NCBI GenBank assembly: GCA_021731245.1
Contig: JAKFXT010000002.1
Span: 24,164-88,163, forward strand
Length of the DNA stretch: 64,000 bases
Direction of reading: 5' to 3'
Source: Patescibacteria group bacterium
GTDB lineage: Bacteria; Patescibacteriota; Minisyncoccia; Phycocordibacterales; JAKFXT01
Shown: in pieces, positions 54,677 to 62,875 of the stretch
Layout of the letters: each line of letters starts with the position of its first letter
Numbering within the stretch: the first letter of the stretch is position 1
The notes under the pieces: model-generated
Seen by the model: the letters and a program-made list of their open reading frames with translations, nothing else
Told to the model about the DNA's origin: nothing
Databases searched by the model: none
Made by a program: the position numbers and the translations under genes

Positions 54677-54750
54677 ACAAACATTCTATTACTGTGAATA
54701 ATAGTGTCAATTACCCTTGAAAAAGGAGCTGAGGGGAGTAGGATGGGGGA

Positions 54751-55503
54751 ATGGAAACTTTTATTAAGTGGTGGCCCAGAGTAATCGCTTTCATTTCAGG
54801 TTACATTTTGGGTTCATATATTATGGATTTTTGGTTAACTCGTGTATTGAAAATACCTACTACACTTGGAGATTGGGCATACATAGCAGAAATCATTACT
54901 GGGTTCTCAATAATTATTGCAATAATTGAGTATTACTCTCACCAAGAAAAAGATAAAAAAATTGCTGTTGCTGACCAAGTTCACATGCTACGAACCGAGG
55001 TGATTGATGGATATGAAAAAGCTTTCAGGTCAATAATTCCTGCTTTAAAGATAAAAATGTTAGTTTTTCCTAGACCAATACCTATTGTGGAAGAATTTAG
55101 TTACTCTTGGGTTATTGAAAATTATGAGGATATAACACAAGAGCAAAACTTTATTCTCAGAGAACTAATGAAAAACGATATTTATTGGGGACATAAAGAA
55201 ATTAACAGTTATTTAAATGTATTAGAGGAATTAGCAATTCGTATAAAAATAACCGGAACTGTAAATGACCCAACTTTGGGTGCCATAAAACAAACTTTTG
55301 TAAGTAGCGTTGAATTATTTTTAATAAAAATTTTAGAAATGATATCAAATAATGATTCTTATTATCGCAACATAAGGTGGCTTTATTCAAAGTGGTATAA
55401 AGACGAAGATGTTGACCGAAGCCTACTAGAAGTTAGACAGAAAAAAATTAATGACAGTATTGAGGATGGGGTTCGTAAAAAAAGAGAAAAACTATCTAAA
55501 TAA
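54751..55503 (+). CDS. Membrane-anchored hypothetical protein (DUF4760-like)
   Basis: Two N-terminal TMs; YLNVLEELAI.I..G motif. Confidence 0.65.
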   Translation: METFIKWWPRVIAFISGYILGSYIMDFWLTRVLKIPTTLGDWAYIAEIITGFSIIIAIIEYYSHQEKDKKIAVADQVHMLRTEVIDGYEKAFRSIIPALKIKMLVFPRPIPIVEEFSYSWVIENYEDITQEQNFILRELMKNDIYWGHKEINSYLNVLEELAIRIKITGTVNDPTLGAIKQTFVSSVELFLIKILEMISNNDSYYRNIRWLYSKWYKDEDVDRSLLEVRQKKINDSIEDGVRKKREKLSK

Positions 55504-55751
55504 GGTTTCTAACTTTTTTTTAATGAACGTGTGTTATGCCAAAGAAGATATGCCAAGCCATTTTTATAGTTACTTTTTCATATAAAAATAGGGAAGTGAC
55601 TCCCCCGATTTTATAAGAAATTTTTTAAAGAATTTATTTTGTAATTAATTCAAGTAGATTGTGCGATAGGAAAGTGATCTACGTTATCTTTTACGAATGT
55701 CGGACTTTGATTACTATTGCTTTTGCGACATTCGAGTTATAATTAGTAGAT

Positions 55752-56426
55752 ATGACCCTTCGTACACAAAAGACTGGGACCCAATCACCTTGGACGACAG
55801 AAGAACTTAAAAGTGGTTTATTACATTTTCATAAAGAAAATGGTCATTATCCAACTTCAACAGAAATTGATAACTATCAATATTTACCTTCAGCAAGAAC
55901 AATTGAAAGAAGTCACGGTGGGCTCGTTGAATTGAGGAAAAAATTAGGCCTTGGCGATGAACATGACTACAGATTAGGCTCTCACAGCTCAAAACGAGCT
56001 CATACCATCAATACCAGAGCTCACAAAACAGAAGATATTGTCTACCAATTTTTAATTGAAAAGTTTGGCAAAGAATTTGTGCATCGTGAATACTTTTTTA
56101 CTGATGATCACCGTACAAGAGCTGATTTCTTCGTCTACGATGAAGGAAAGGGCTTCTGTGTAGATGTATTCTACCCAAACTCAACAAGAAACCTCACAGG
56201 ATGCCTCAATATAAAGTTAAATAAATATAATAAAGAATACATGGGCTTTGTCCCATATCCAGTCATTTTCCTACAAATGAATGAGAGTATAGACGATGAT
56301 TCATTAAATAAACTCCTGAAAAATAAAAAGCGCCAATTATTAAGTAATCAATACCTAATGGGTTGGGAAGCATTCAAAGAATTCACTAAATCTAGAAAAG
56401 CTTTGTCTGTTAGAAGAACCAAATAA
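55752..56426 (+). CDS. Homing-endonuclease-associated-repeat-like HTH plus PD-(D/E)xK-like nuclease
   Basis: WTTEELK..L..F..ENGHYPT..E...LPS..TI.R..GG; E...RADFFVY...CVDVF. Confidence 0.65.
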   Translation: MTLRTQKTGTQSPWTTEELKSGLLHFHKENGHYPTSTEIDNYQYLPSARTIERSHGGLVELRKKLGLGDEHDYRLGSHSSKRAHTINTRAHKTEDIVYQFLIEKFGKEFVHREYFFTDDHRTRADFFVYDEGKGFCVDVFYPNSTRNLTGCLNIKLNKYNKEYMGFVPYPVIFLQMNESIDDDSLNKLLKNKKRQLLSNQYLMGWEAFKEFTKSRKALSVRRTK

Positions 56427-56583
56427 TATTAAAGGGGAGTATCGTTTTAATTAAACCCCACACCCCCTTTACTTCTATAGCTTATAGCTATGTCGCACAA
56501 GCTTCCCGCGTAAAAGATATATTGTGCGACGTTACCTCTATAGAGCCTTTGACCCATCAATACAACCTTAAAGACCCCTTCCC

Positions 56584-56922
56584 TTACTTAATATGTTTAT
56601 ATTGTTTTGGATTCCAGGCTGGCGTACAAGATATAAATATTTCCATATTCCCTTGCTAATAAAACTTTTCTTTTTTATTTATTAAAATTAAATCCCCAGA
56701 ATTTATTTTTTTACTTTTACCATTTATAACGACTTTCCCTGAACCATTTAATACATAGGCCATTTCCTTTGACTTCAGGTTCGTTGATACCCCATTTTGA
56801 GGATATCTACCACTTATTTTGGCCAAAGCGCCGTTTATTGAACGTTCTTTGAGCCCATACTCATAAACCAAACAATTTTTATCATTAAACTCTTTCCTCT
56901 TTATCTTTTTAATTATTTCCAT
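56584..56922 (-). pseudogene. Cupin-domain protein interrupted by in-frame TAG
   Basis: GRYP, EMAYVLNGSG, GDLILI; after KFY-TAG the frame continues QGNMEIFISCTPAWNPKQYKHIK*. Confidence 0.7.
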
Positions 56923-57358
56923 AAATTTCTTTTCTTATTTTCATCCAAATTTTACCCATCATGTTTTCTCCTGAACCATTTTCTCCCGTACCCCAGAAAT
57001 AATCTTCTGGATGATTTTTCTCAATAATTTTATCAGCGGTCTTTATAAGCATTCTTTTGACATCGTCATGCTGTTCTAATTTTGCCTTCATAACCTTTTC
57101 CATGACAGAAACCTTATCAAAAGGTTCCTTGCGACCATTTTTACTTCCTCCATACTCTCTGGCAAGAAATGCGCTCGGAGCTTCTTTTATCTTCTTTCTT
57201 ATTTCAATATCAGAAAATTTGGAAACCTGATAGGCATGTTCTGATGTCATATACTCTTCCCCCTCGAATACTACTTTGTGCGCTGAGAAATTTGAAAGAA
57301 GATAGAATGGCCCTTCGTAAAATTTAATTTTATTATCATCAGTAGACTTACTCTCCAT
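56909..57358 (-). CDS. NADAR/YbiA family protein
   Basis: LSNF, Y.TSEHAYQ..KF, K..QH, D.FWG.G..G.GEN.MG.IWM.IR. Confidence 0.92.
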   Translation of the reverse strand: MESKSTDDNKIKFYEGPFYLLSNFSAHKVVFEGEEYMTSEHAYQVSKFSDIEIRKKIKEAPSAFLAREYGGSKNGRKEPFDKVSVMEKVMKAKLEQHDDVKRMLIKTADKIIEKNHPEDYFWGTGENGSGENMMGKIWMKIRKEIYGNN

Positions 57359-57665
57359 ACATTTCTAATTTTATTTTTTGAAGCTCCTCAATTGTTTTTG
57401 AATCAGTAATTTTTGTAAATCTAGGAAAAGTTTTTCCATCTTTTTCTACCATACCCATCCACATATCTAATGGGCGCACAACATGTGTCGCCGGAGCTAA
57501 AAAATCATTTTCATAAAGAGGTCTGTATATGACGGTGTAATTTCGTTCTTCAGAATGAAGTGCGACTCCAACATATTCATAAGAATAGTTATTCATATCC
57601 CCTTTCGGGTCGTGTTTGTAATGATAATAGAATCCTTTTTCCGGAATTTTTTTAATTATCTCCAT
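57348..57665 (-). CDS. DUF1653-like protein, paralog 2
   Basis: GFYYHYK, YEYVGVALHSE, VIYRPLY, VRPLDMW, PRF. Confidence 0.85.
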   Translation of the reverse strand: MEIIKKIPEKGFYYHYKHDPKGDMNNYSYEYVGVALHSEERNYTVIYRPLYENDFLAPATHVVRPLDMWMGMVEKDGKTFPRFTKITDSKTIEELQKIKLEMYGE

Positions 57666-57990
57666 ACATTTCTTTTTTAGTTTTTTCCAATTCTTTTATA
57701 ATTTTTTCATCAGTAATCTTGGCAAATCTAGGAAATGTCTTCCCATCTTTTTCTACTATACCCATCCACATATCTAATGGACGAACATCATACATTTTAC
57801 CTGCCTTGTAAACTGCCGCCTCATATAATGGTCTATAAATTATCATATTCTCATCTTCCGGTCGGCAATCTTCTTCTGTGTGCACTCCTGCGCCAATATA
57901 TTCATAAGCGTAATTATTTACACTCCCCTTCGGGTCGTGTTTGTAATGATAATAAAATCCTTTTTCAGGAACTTTAGTAGGTATTTTCAT
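57652..57990 (-). CDS. DUF1653-like protein, paralog 1
   Basis: Same motifs; clear tandem duplicate of the adjacent gene. Confidence 0.85.
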   Translation of the reverse strand: MKIPTKVPEKGFYYHYKHDPKGSVNNYAYEYIGAGVHTEEDCRPEDENMIIYRPLYEAAVYKAGKMYDVRPLDMWMGIVEKDGKTFPRFAKITDEKIIKELEKTKKEMYGDN

Positions 57991-58050
57991 ATAAAAAATA
58001 ATATCACATAAACAGAAATCGTCCGCGAGACGATCTCTGCGGACGAAAAA

Positions 58051-58506
58051 CTACTTTGCTTTGGGATATTTGGGATACCAGAATGGATGCCACGTCCACG
58101 GCAAAATCTTGTAGATATAGCTTGAGTGCCATCCAAACCTGGTGATGATCCAACGATTCTGGTCTTCGATGTCTTTCCAGCCGTTGTCATACCCTATTTG
58201 CCACCCCGAATCTCCCCAGTCCACCCCGATGCGAGTTCCAGAAGCTCCTCCTGGGGCCTCAAACTTCCACTTGCGAAAGTTGAACTTGAAAACCGCGAAG
58301 TGGATACGGCCCTTATAGGCGCTTCCCATAGGCCACTGCCAGAAGTAGAGATCCCAGCTAAAGAAGCCGTAGAACCTCCAAGAAACGAGGGGCGGAATGG
58401 AGTTGTTCAAGAAGAAGTCCTTGAAACTCCACCAAAACGACCTGAACCTGAAACCAATGCGACTTTCAATGCGACGGAACGCTTCCAAACAAATCGAGTT
58501 TCTCAT
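58051..58506 (-). CDS. Orphan Trp/Phe-rich protein
   Basis: AGGAAGGGG upstream of ATG; hairpin GTCCGC..GCGGAC right after the stop. Confidence 0.55.
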   Translation of the reverse strand: MRNSICLEAFRRIESRIGFRFRSFWWSFKDFFLNNSIPPLVSWRFYGFFSWDLYFWQWPMGSAYKGRIHFAVFKFNFRKWKFEAPGGASGTRIGVDWGDSGWQIGYDNGWKDIEDQNRWIITRFGWHSSYIYKILPWTWHPFWYPKYPKAK

Positions 58507-58592
58507 TTTGAAAACCCCTTCCTGAGTTGGTGTTCTGTAGCAAAAATACTGCCTACTTGTAACATTAAAAAATTAATAGACTAATGTAAAGC

Positions 58593-58627
58593 AAAAAGCC
58601 CCCCGATGTTACATCGGGGGGCTTTTT
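58593..58627. terminator. Perfect bidirectional terminator
   Basis: AAAAAGCCCCCCGATGT-T-ACATCGGGGGGCTTTTT. Confidence 0.85.
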
Positions 58628-58736
58628 GGATAATTTCTGGTTTTATAATGACAAGCGAGGAGCGGAGCGAAAATTTATTTTCATTTCGTCCGAGTGAAGT
58701 CATTATATAAGAGCGACCTCACCTTTCCTGCTGCTT

Positions 58737-59231
58737 CTATTTCTTATTAAGAGCCAACTTTGCTTCAGTTTTTAACTTAGCTATTTTTGGTCCCCAACAA
58801 GGCTTTGAGGCACTCCATGGTTGTAAGCCTTCTCTCTCATAGAGATATCTAGCGTATGCCATATTGCCTTTCAAGTCATAGATGTCGTAACCAAGTTCTT
58901 CTGAGTCTACCTGATGGTAGTGCTCATTAACCTGCATAACACCTACGTCCTTACTATTAACCACACCGCGAATCGTATTACCTTCACTATCCGCTTGGCG
59001 GAAACGTGACTCACAATACGCTACTTGAATCATCTCTGGGATGTCTTCAAAGTATGAACGAACTTCTTTTTCAACGAAAATGTATTTCTTATTCTCCTTG
59101 CGGGAACTTTCCGTTATTAGCACTTCCTCCTGTTTAGGAGTTGGTACTTGTTCGTTTACCGGTTGATTATCATTATTGTTAATGTTCGAGATCAAAAAAA
59201 GTATTCCTGTTGCTAACCCGATAATAGTCGT
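58737..59231 (-). CDS. Lysozyme-like/SLT (Rpf-like) transglycosylase; start uncertain
   Basis: VAYCESRFRQ, DVGVMQVN, GNMAYARYLY..EG.QPW.AS..CW; hydrophobic segment continues upstream of 59195. Confidence 0.8.
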   Translation of the reverse strand, partial: TTIIGLATGILFLISNINNNDNQPVNEQVPTPKQEEVLITESSRKENKKYIFVEKEVRSYFEDIPEMIQVAYCESRFRQADSEGNTIRGVVNSKDVGVMQVNEHYHQVDSEELGYDIYDLKGNMAYARYLYEREGLQPWSASKPCWGPKIAKLKTEAKLALNKK

Positions 59232-59579
59232 ATTTTAGCTCCTAATGTCGTCTAGGGATTTCCTTTTGACACAGGTTTTGTGCCAAACATTCGCCCCTAA
59301 ATGAAAAAACCAGATGTTATCTGATTTCTTTTATACTATCATATTTTTATTCTTCTGTCAATACTTCCCAATAAATTCACCATTTGGTCAATGGATAATA
59401 AATGGCTATAAATATAGCTATTTTTCCATTTTTCATCTCACAATAGGTTATGACTTTTTTCAAACCTTACCAAGGACGGGCTGCCAAGAGCCCATCTTCA
59501 ATCCCCTATCCCCACTTATGCTTCCTTATTACCCCCCAATTTGCGATAATCTAGTCATTAAAAATTTTTAAACTATATT

Positions 59580-60047
59580 ATGTTGAATAAACTAATGGGT
59601 TGTCAGTGGTGTTCAGATGCTTGGCAAGATGCGGGCAAGCTTGTGCTACGTGTTGTGCTCGGTGCGGTTTTGTTTATGCACGGCTATCAGAAAGTCGTCA
59701 CAGTAGGAGTTGATCAAGTTACAGCTGGGCTCTTTGGAGCAGGTGCTCTAAATTGGCCAATGCCATCACTTTGGGCCTACTTGGTAAGCTATGGTGAATT
59801 AATCGCTGGAGCACTTCTTATTGTCGGATTATTCACTCACTGGGCGGCTAAAATTGGTGTTGTGATTGCCACAGTCGCCCTTTTTTCAGTACATATAAAA
59901 AATGGTTTCTTCTTAGGAACTGGAGGATATGAATACATACTCCTTATTCTTGCAGCATCTGTCGCTATAATGACTACAAGTTCTGGAAAATATTCAGTAG
60001 ACACTTGGTGTAAAAACAGAAACTCTTCAATGGGAGGAGGAATGTAA
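59580..60047 (+). CDS. DoxX family membrane protein
   Basis: LRVVLG..F.MHGYQK, ELIAG.LL..GLFT, GGYEY. Confidence 0.92.
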   Translation: MLNKLMGCQWCSDAWQDAGKLVLRVVLGAVLFMHGYQKVVTVGVDQVTAGLFGAGALNWPMPSLWAYLVSYGELIAGALLIVGLFTHWAAKIGVVIATVALFSVHIKNGFFLGTGGYEYILLILAASVAIMTTSSGKYSVDTWCKNRNSSMGGGM

Positions 60048-60072
60048 TCTCAAATTACAGGATTCTCAAAAG

Positions 60073-60108
60073 AAACCCCCGTCAGAGTCTAGGCTCTGAC
60101 GGGGGTTT
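60073..60108 (+). terminator. Intrinsic terminator
   Basis: AAACCCCCGTCAGAG-TCTAGG-CTCTGACGGGGGTTT. Confidence 0.8.
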
Positions 60109-60180
60109 GACTTTAATAAACACAAATATATAGTGATTTTGGACAACAAATTCTGCACCCACACACAGGAGATTCCACCA

Positions 60181-60567
60181 ATGGAACCCGTTTGCTCAGT
60201 AAACACCTTCAAACAGCTCATGAGCTTAATCGTCCTTATTGCTTTTTTCGGGGCAATCATCGGAATGGTTGTCTTCTTCATCACCCGCCGGCAAAATGCG
60301 GGTACCATTCTGGAAACTGCCGCTTGGAGCTCACAATATCTGACTCCTGGAATTTACAGATTTCAAATAATCAATCGAAGTCTGGGGTTAGTCGCGCTTC
60401 AAAAAACTTCAGGCGATACCTTGCGTGTCTGGAAGTTTACAGCAGGGTTGCCATCTGCTTTTGACGGAAGTGACCAGGACGAGGGATTGATAACATACGA
60501 CCCGGGAGTCGATTCGATACATTACAGTGACAGATGGGCAAATACACCCAAGCTGGTTGGTGCTTAA
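60181..60567 (+). CDS. Orphan single-TM protein
   Basis: CAGGAG upstream of in-frame ATG 60181; hairpin 60588-60613 downstream. Confidence 0.6.
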   Translation: MEPVCSVNTFKQLMSLIVLIAFFGAIIGMVVFFITRRQNAGTILETAAWSSQYLTPGIYRFQIINRSLGLVALQKTSGDTLRVWKFTAGLPSAFDGSDQDEGLITYDPGVDSIHYSDRWANTPKLVGA

Positions 60568-60621
60568 ATCCATCTCCTTCTTCAAAGGCCGCCTACGTGG
60601 AAACGTAGGCGGTTGTTTTAT

Positions 60622-61014
60622 TTATCCAACGTAAACAAAATCATTAGTTGGATTCGGCTCGTCAGATTTCTTAAAGCCATTCTTAATCCAAAAGTTTTCA
60701 CTAGGAGTCTGTACCTGCACAGCACGAATATCCTTTAAATTATTTTCCTGTGCCCAAGACAATACAGATTCTATTGATTTACTTCCAAAACCACTATTTT
60801 TCTGACTATCTGGTAGCGTTGTCATATTTGTTATAACCAAATCTGCCCCACTGTAATCTTTTAATACTATTCTTATGGTTGTCATAGCGTCTTCAAATGG
60901 AAATTTAACAATGTAGGCATTTTCAGATAAATTATCTAATTCTACAGTTGCTCCATAATTTTTCAGAAGCTCCATCCTAGGGTCATATGATATTTTTTCT
61001 ATTTTATTTTCCAT
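60622..61014 (-). CDS. GNAT-family acetyltransferase-like protein
   Basis: LP.SQKNSGFGS (motif A) and FWIKNGF (motif B). Confidence 0.75.
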   Translation of the reverse strand: MENKIEKISYDPRMELLKNYGATVELDNLSENAYIVKFPFEDAMTTIRIVLKDYSGADLVITNMTTLPDSQKNSGFGSKSIESVLSWAQENNLKDIRAVQVQTPSENFWIKNGFKKSDEPNPTNDFVYVG

Positions 61015-61023
61015 AGCCCTGAC

Positions 61024-61617
61024 TTATTTCCACGGCATCTCAAACTTATCAAATTCTGGCAAAAACTTTTTATCATAAAGCAGTCTGTGTGCCACTTCTG
61101 CGTGTGAAATCGCTCCAGTCAAAGCATTGTGTGGCTTTGGTTCTTCCGGAATACCACAATATTGCAAAACGGCATCAAGATTTAACGCTGAGTGGCGTTT
61201 AATTTCATCAAATGGTGGCACCAGCCCTCTCTTTATTATGTGCATATAACAAAGAGAATGAGTGTCAATAATTCTATGAGCCAAAGAACATTCGAGATGA
61301 ATTCTTGCGCAAGCATGCTTTATGAAATCTCTATCAAAAGAAACATTTTGTCCGACTAAGGTTCTATCCTCACAACTATCAATCCAACGCATAAACTTCT
61401 CTACCAATTCCCCCTCAGTCTGTTTTTTAGTATCAGTTATTTCTTCGTCCGTCTGTCCATGTATAGCAGTCGCTTCCTCTGAAATGTGTGCCCCATCCCA
61501 AATACGACATTCGCCATAAAAGCGCTTATCTTTGTCATTCAAATCAACTGCTCCAATACTTATAATAGAATGTGTATTTGGATTAGTGCCTGATGCTTCT
61601 ATGTCTATAGCTATCAT
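61024..61617 (-). CDS. DEDDh 3'-5' exonuclease (DnaQ-like)
   Basis: IDIEASG, GQNVSFD, IIDT, PHNAL. Confidence 0.88.
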   Translation of the reverse strand: MIAIDIEASGTNPNTHSIISIGAVDLNDKDKRFYGECRIWDGAHISEEATAIHGQTDEEITDTKKQTEGELVEKFMRWIDSCEDRTLVGQNVSFDRDFIKHACARIHLECSLAHRIIDTHSLCYMHIIKRGLVPPFDEIKRHSALNLDAVLQYCGIPEEPKPHNALTGAISHAEVAHRLLYDKKFLPEFDKFEMPWK

Positions 61618-61941
61618 CCCTGTAGTGAAATTTCAGTTTGTTAAATCTTTCGACTTTTTACTATACAAAAACTCTTTTAATCGTCTTTTCAGTAGTCTAC
61701 CACCTTGGGTTGTTTTTAAATAATATTCTCGTCTCCTAGCGTCTTTTTCATCCAAGCACGCTTCATAATAAATTATTTTCCAAGGCTTATATTTTTTAGT
61801 CGAAAGATTTAACCCTTGATTATGTTCTTTAAACCTCTTTTTTAAATCACTAGTAAACCCTATATAAATCTCTCCATTTTTATCACTTTGTAATACATAG
61901 TTGTAGAACATAATCGAACTGAAATTCTACTACGGGGTCAT
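61614..61941 (-). mobile_element. Start-codon hairpin insertion element, copy 4, carrying GIY-YIG nuclease
   Basis: Minus strand ATGA-CCCCGTAGTAGAATTTCAGTT ... AACTGAAATTTCACTACAGGG-ATGA; 21-bp imperfect IRs at 61618-61638 and 61917-61937. Confidence 0.85.
61633..61911 (-). CDS. Small GIY-YIG nuclease (UPF0213-like)
   Basis: YNYVLQS...IYIGFTSDLKKRFKEHN.G...T....PW..IYYE...A.RRE..LK. Confidence 0.93.
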   Translation of the reverse strand: MFYNYVLQSDKNGEIYIGFTSDLKKRFKEHNQGLNLSTKKYKPWKIIYYEACLDEKDARRREYYLKTTQGGRLLKRRLKEFLYSKKSKDLTN

Positions 61942-61950
61942 TTCTTTGTT

Positions 61951-62310
61951 TTATAAACCTTTGCAATTAGAGGCCTTATTATAACCTGCTTTTTCCGCTT
62001 CCTCCGAATTTTCAAAAGTGATTAGATTTTCTGGCTTTATTTTTAAAGCCCCAGGGCACCATGGCAAATGATAAACTTTACCGTTTTTTGACCCCACTAC
62101 CCCACCATTTGTAACCGGCAGAGAATTGGCCACCGAAGCCACTAAATCTGATGAATCTGCTGAATTAATTATAGAAATAGGCTCTTTTTTCTGTTGTTTT
62201 ACAGAAAGCCGGCCCAAACCAAAACTGCCGAGCCCCACCAAAATAATGACAATAATGAGTATAATCTCGTCCTTGCCTTTTAGCTCAAAATGTTTTAAAC
62301 TCTCTTTCAT
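61951..62310 (-). CDS. Membrane-anchored protein with Ada-like metal-binding domain
   Basis: TM (SFGLGRL); GSKNGKVYHLPWC...I...N.I.F...EEAEKAGY..A.NC. Confidence 0.85.
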   Translation of the reverse strand: MKESLKHFELKGKDEIILIIVIILVGLGSFGLGRLSVKQQKKEPISIINSADSSDLVASVANSLPVTNGGVVGSKNGKVYHLPWCPGALKIKPENLITFENSEEAEKAGYNKASNCKGL

Positions 62311-62354
62311 TCCTCAGATTATACTTTAATTAGGATAAAAAATAACACTTAAAT

Positions 62355-62627
62355 ATGGCATCAAGAAAAGCGGGGGGTTCCGCCAAAAACCTGACTGACT
62401 CAAATGCTCAATACCTGGGTATTAAACTTTACGCGGGAGAAATTGCCAAAATTGGTAATGTAATAGTCCGCCAAAGAGGTACTGACATAATGGCAGGAAC
62501 TAATGTATCTTTAGGTAAAGACCACACTCTATTTGCATCAAAAGACGGTATCGTTTCATACGGCACAAAAAGAAAAACCCATTTCAATGGAAAAACTGTC
62601 GTTAAAAAGATAGTGCACGTAAAATAA
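62355..62627 (+). CDS. rpmA: 50S ribosomal protein L27
   Basis: MASRKAGGS..N..DSN.QYLG.K, IVRQRGT, GKDHTLFA. Confidence 0.97.
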   Translation: MASRKAGGSAKNLTDSNAQYLGIKLYAGEIAKIGNVIVRQRGTDIMAGTNVSLGKDHTLFASKDGIVSYGTKRKTHFNGKTVVKKIVHVK

Positions 62628-62630
62628 ATA

Positions 62631-62660
62631 AAAAAACCCGCCGACCTAGGCGGGTTTTTT
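62631..62660. terminator. Bidirectional terminator
   Basis: AAAAAACCCGCC-GACCTA-GGCGGGTTTTTT. Confidence 0.85.
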
Positions 62661-62665
62661 CTTGA

Positions 62666-62875
62666 TCAGGAAATTCCCAGCTCGCAAGAGGGCGGTATAC
62701 CAAAATCTGCCAGTTTCTTGTCGCCCTTGGCGATAGCCGTCACATCATCGAAGCTCAGCTGGGGATAGTCCTCGAGGATCTGACAACGGAGCTTGAGTTG
62801 CTGCATACTCAAGCCTTCGACATTTGCCTGTATTGCGTTGGAATTTTCAAGAACCTTTTTTGCAATCATCCACAT
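62666..62875 (-). CDS. Orphan small protein
   Basis: 69 aa, AAGGAG upstream, higher GC. Confidence 0.55.
   Translation of the reverse strand: MWMIAKKVLENSNAIQANVEGLSMQQLKLRCQILEDYPQLSFDDVTAIAKGDKKLADFGIPPSCELGIS

Larger units (their letters stand above)
52252..54728 (+). repeat. Dispersed junction motif (TGTCAA)TT(C)ACCC(T)TTGA(CCAAAT/AAAAGGAG), six copies
   Basis: Copies at 52252, 53233, 53521, 54064, 54301, 54705; 52252 and 54301 identical over 17 bp. Confidence 0.65.

Noticed and set aside
58126-58584. 152-aa Pro/Glu-rich plus-strand ORF
   Set aside because: Antisense to 58051..58506, which has the SD-like leader and an adjacent terminator; the choice is tentative.
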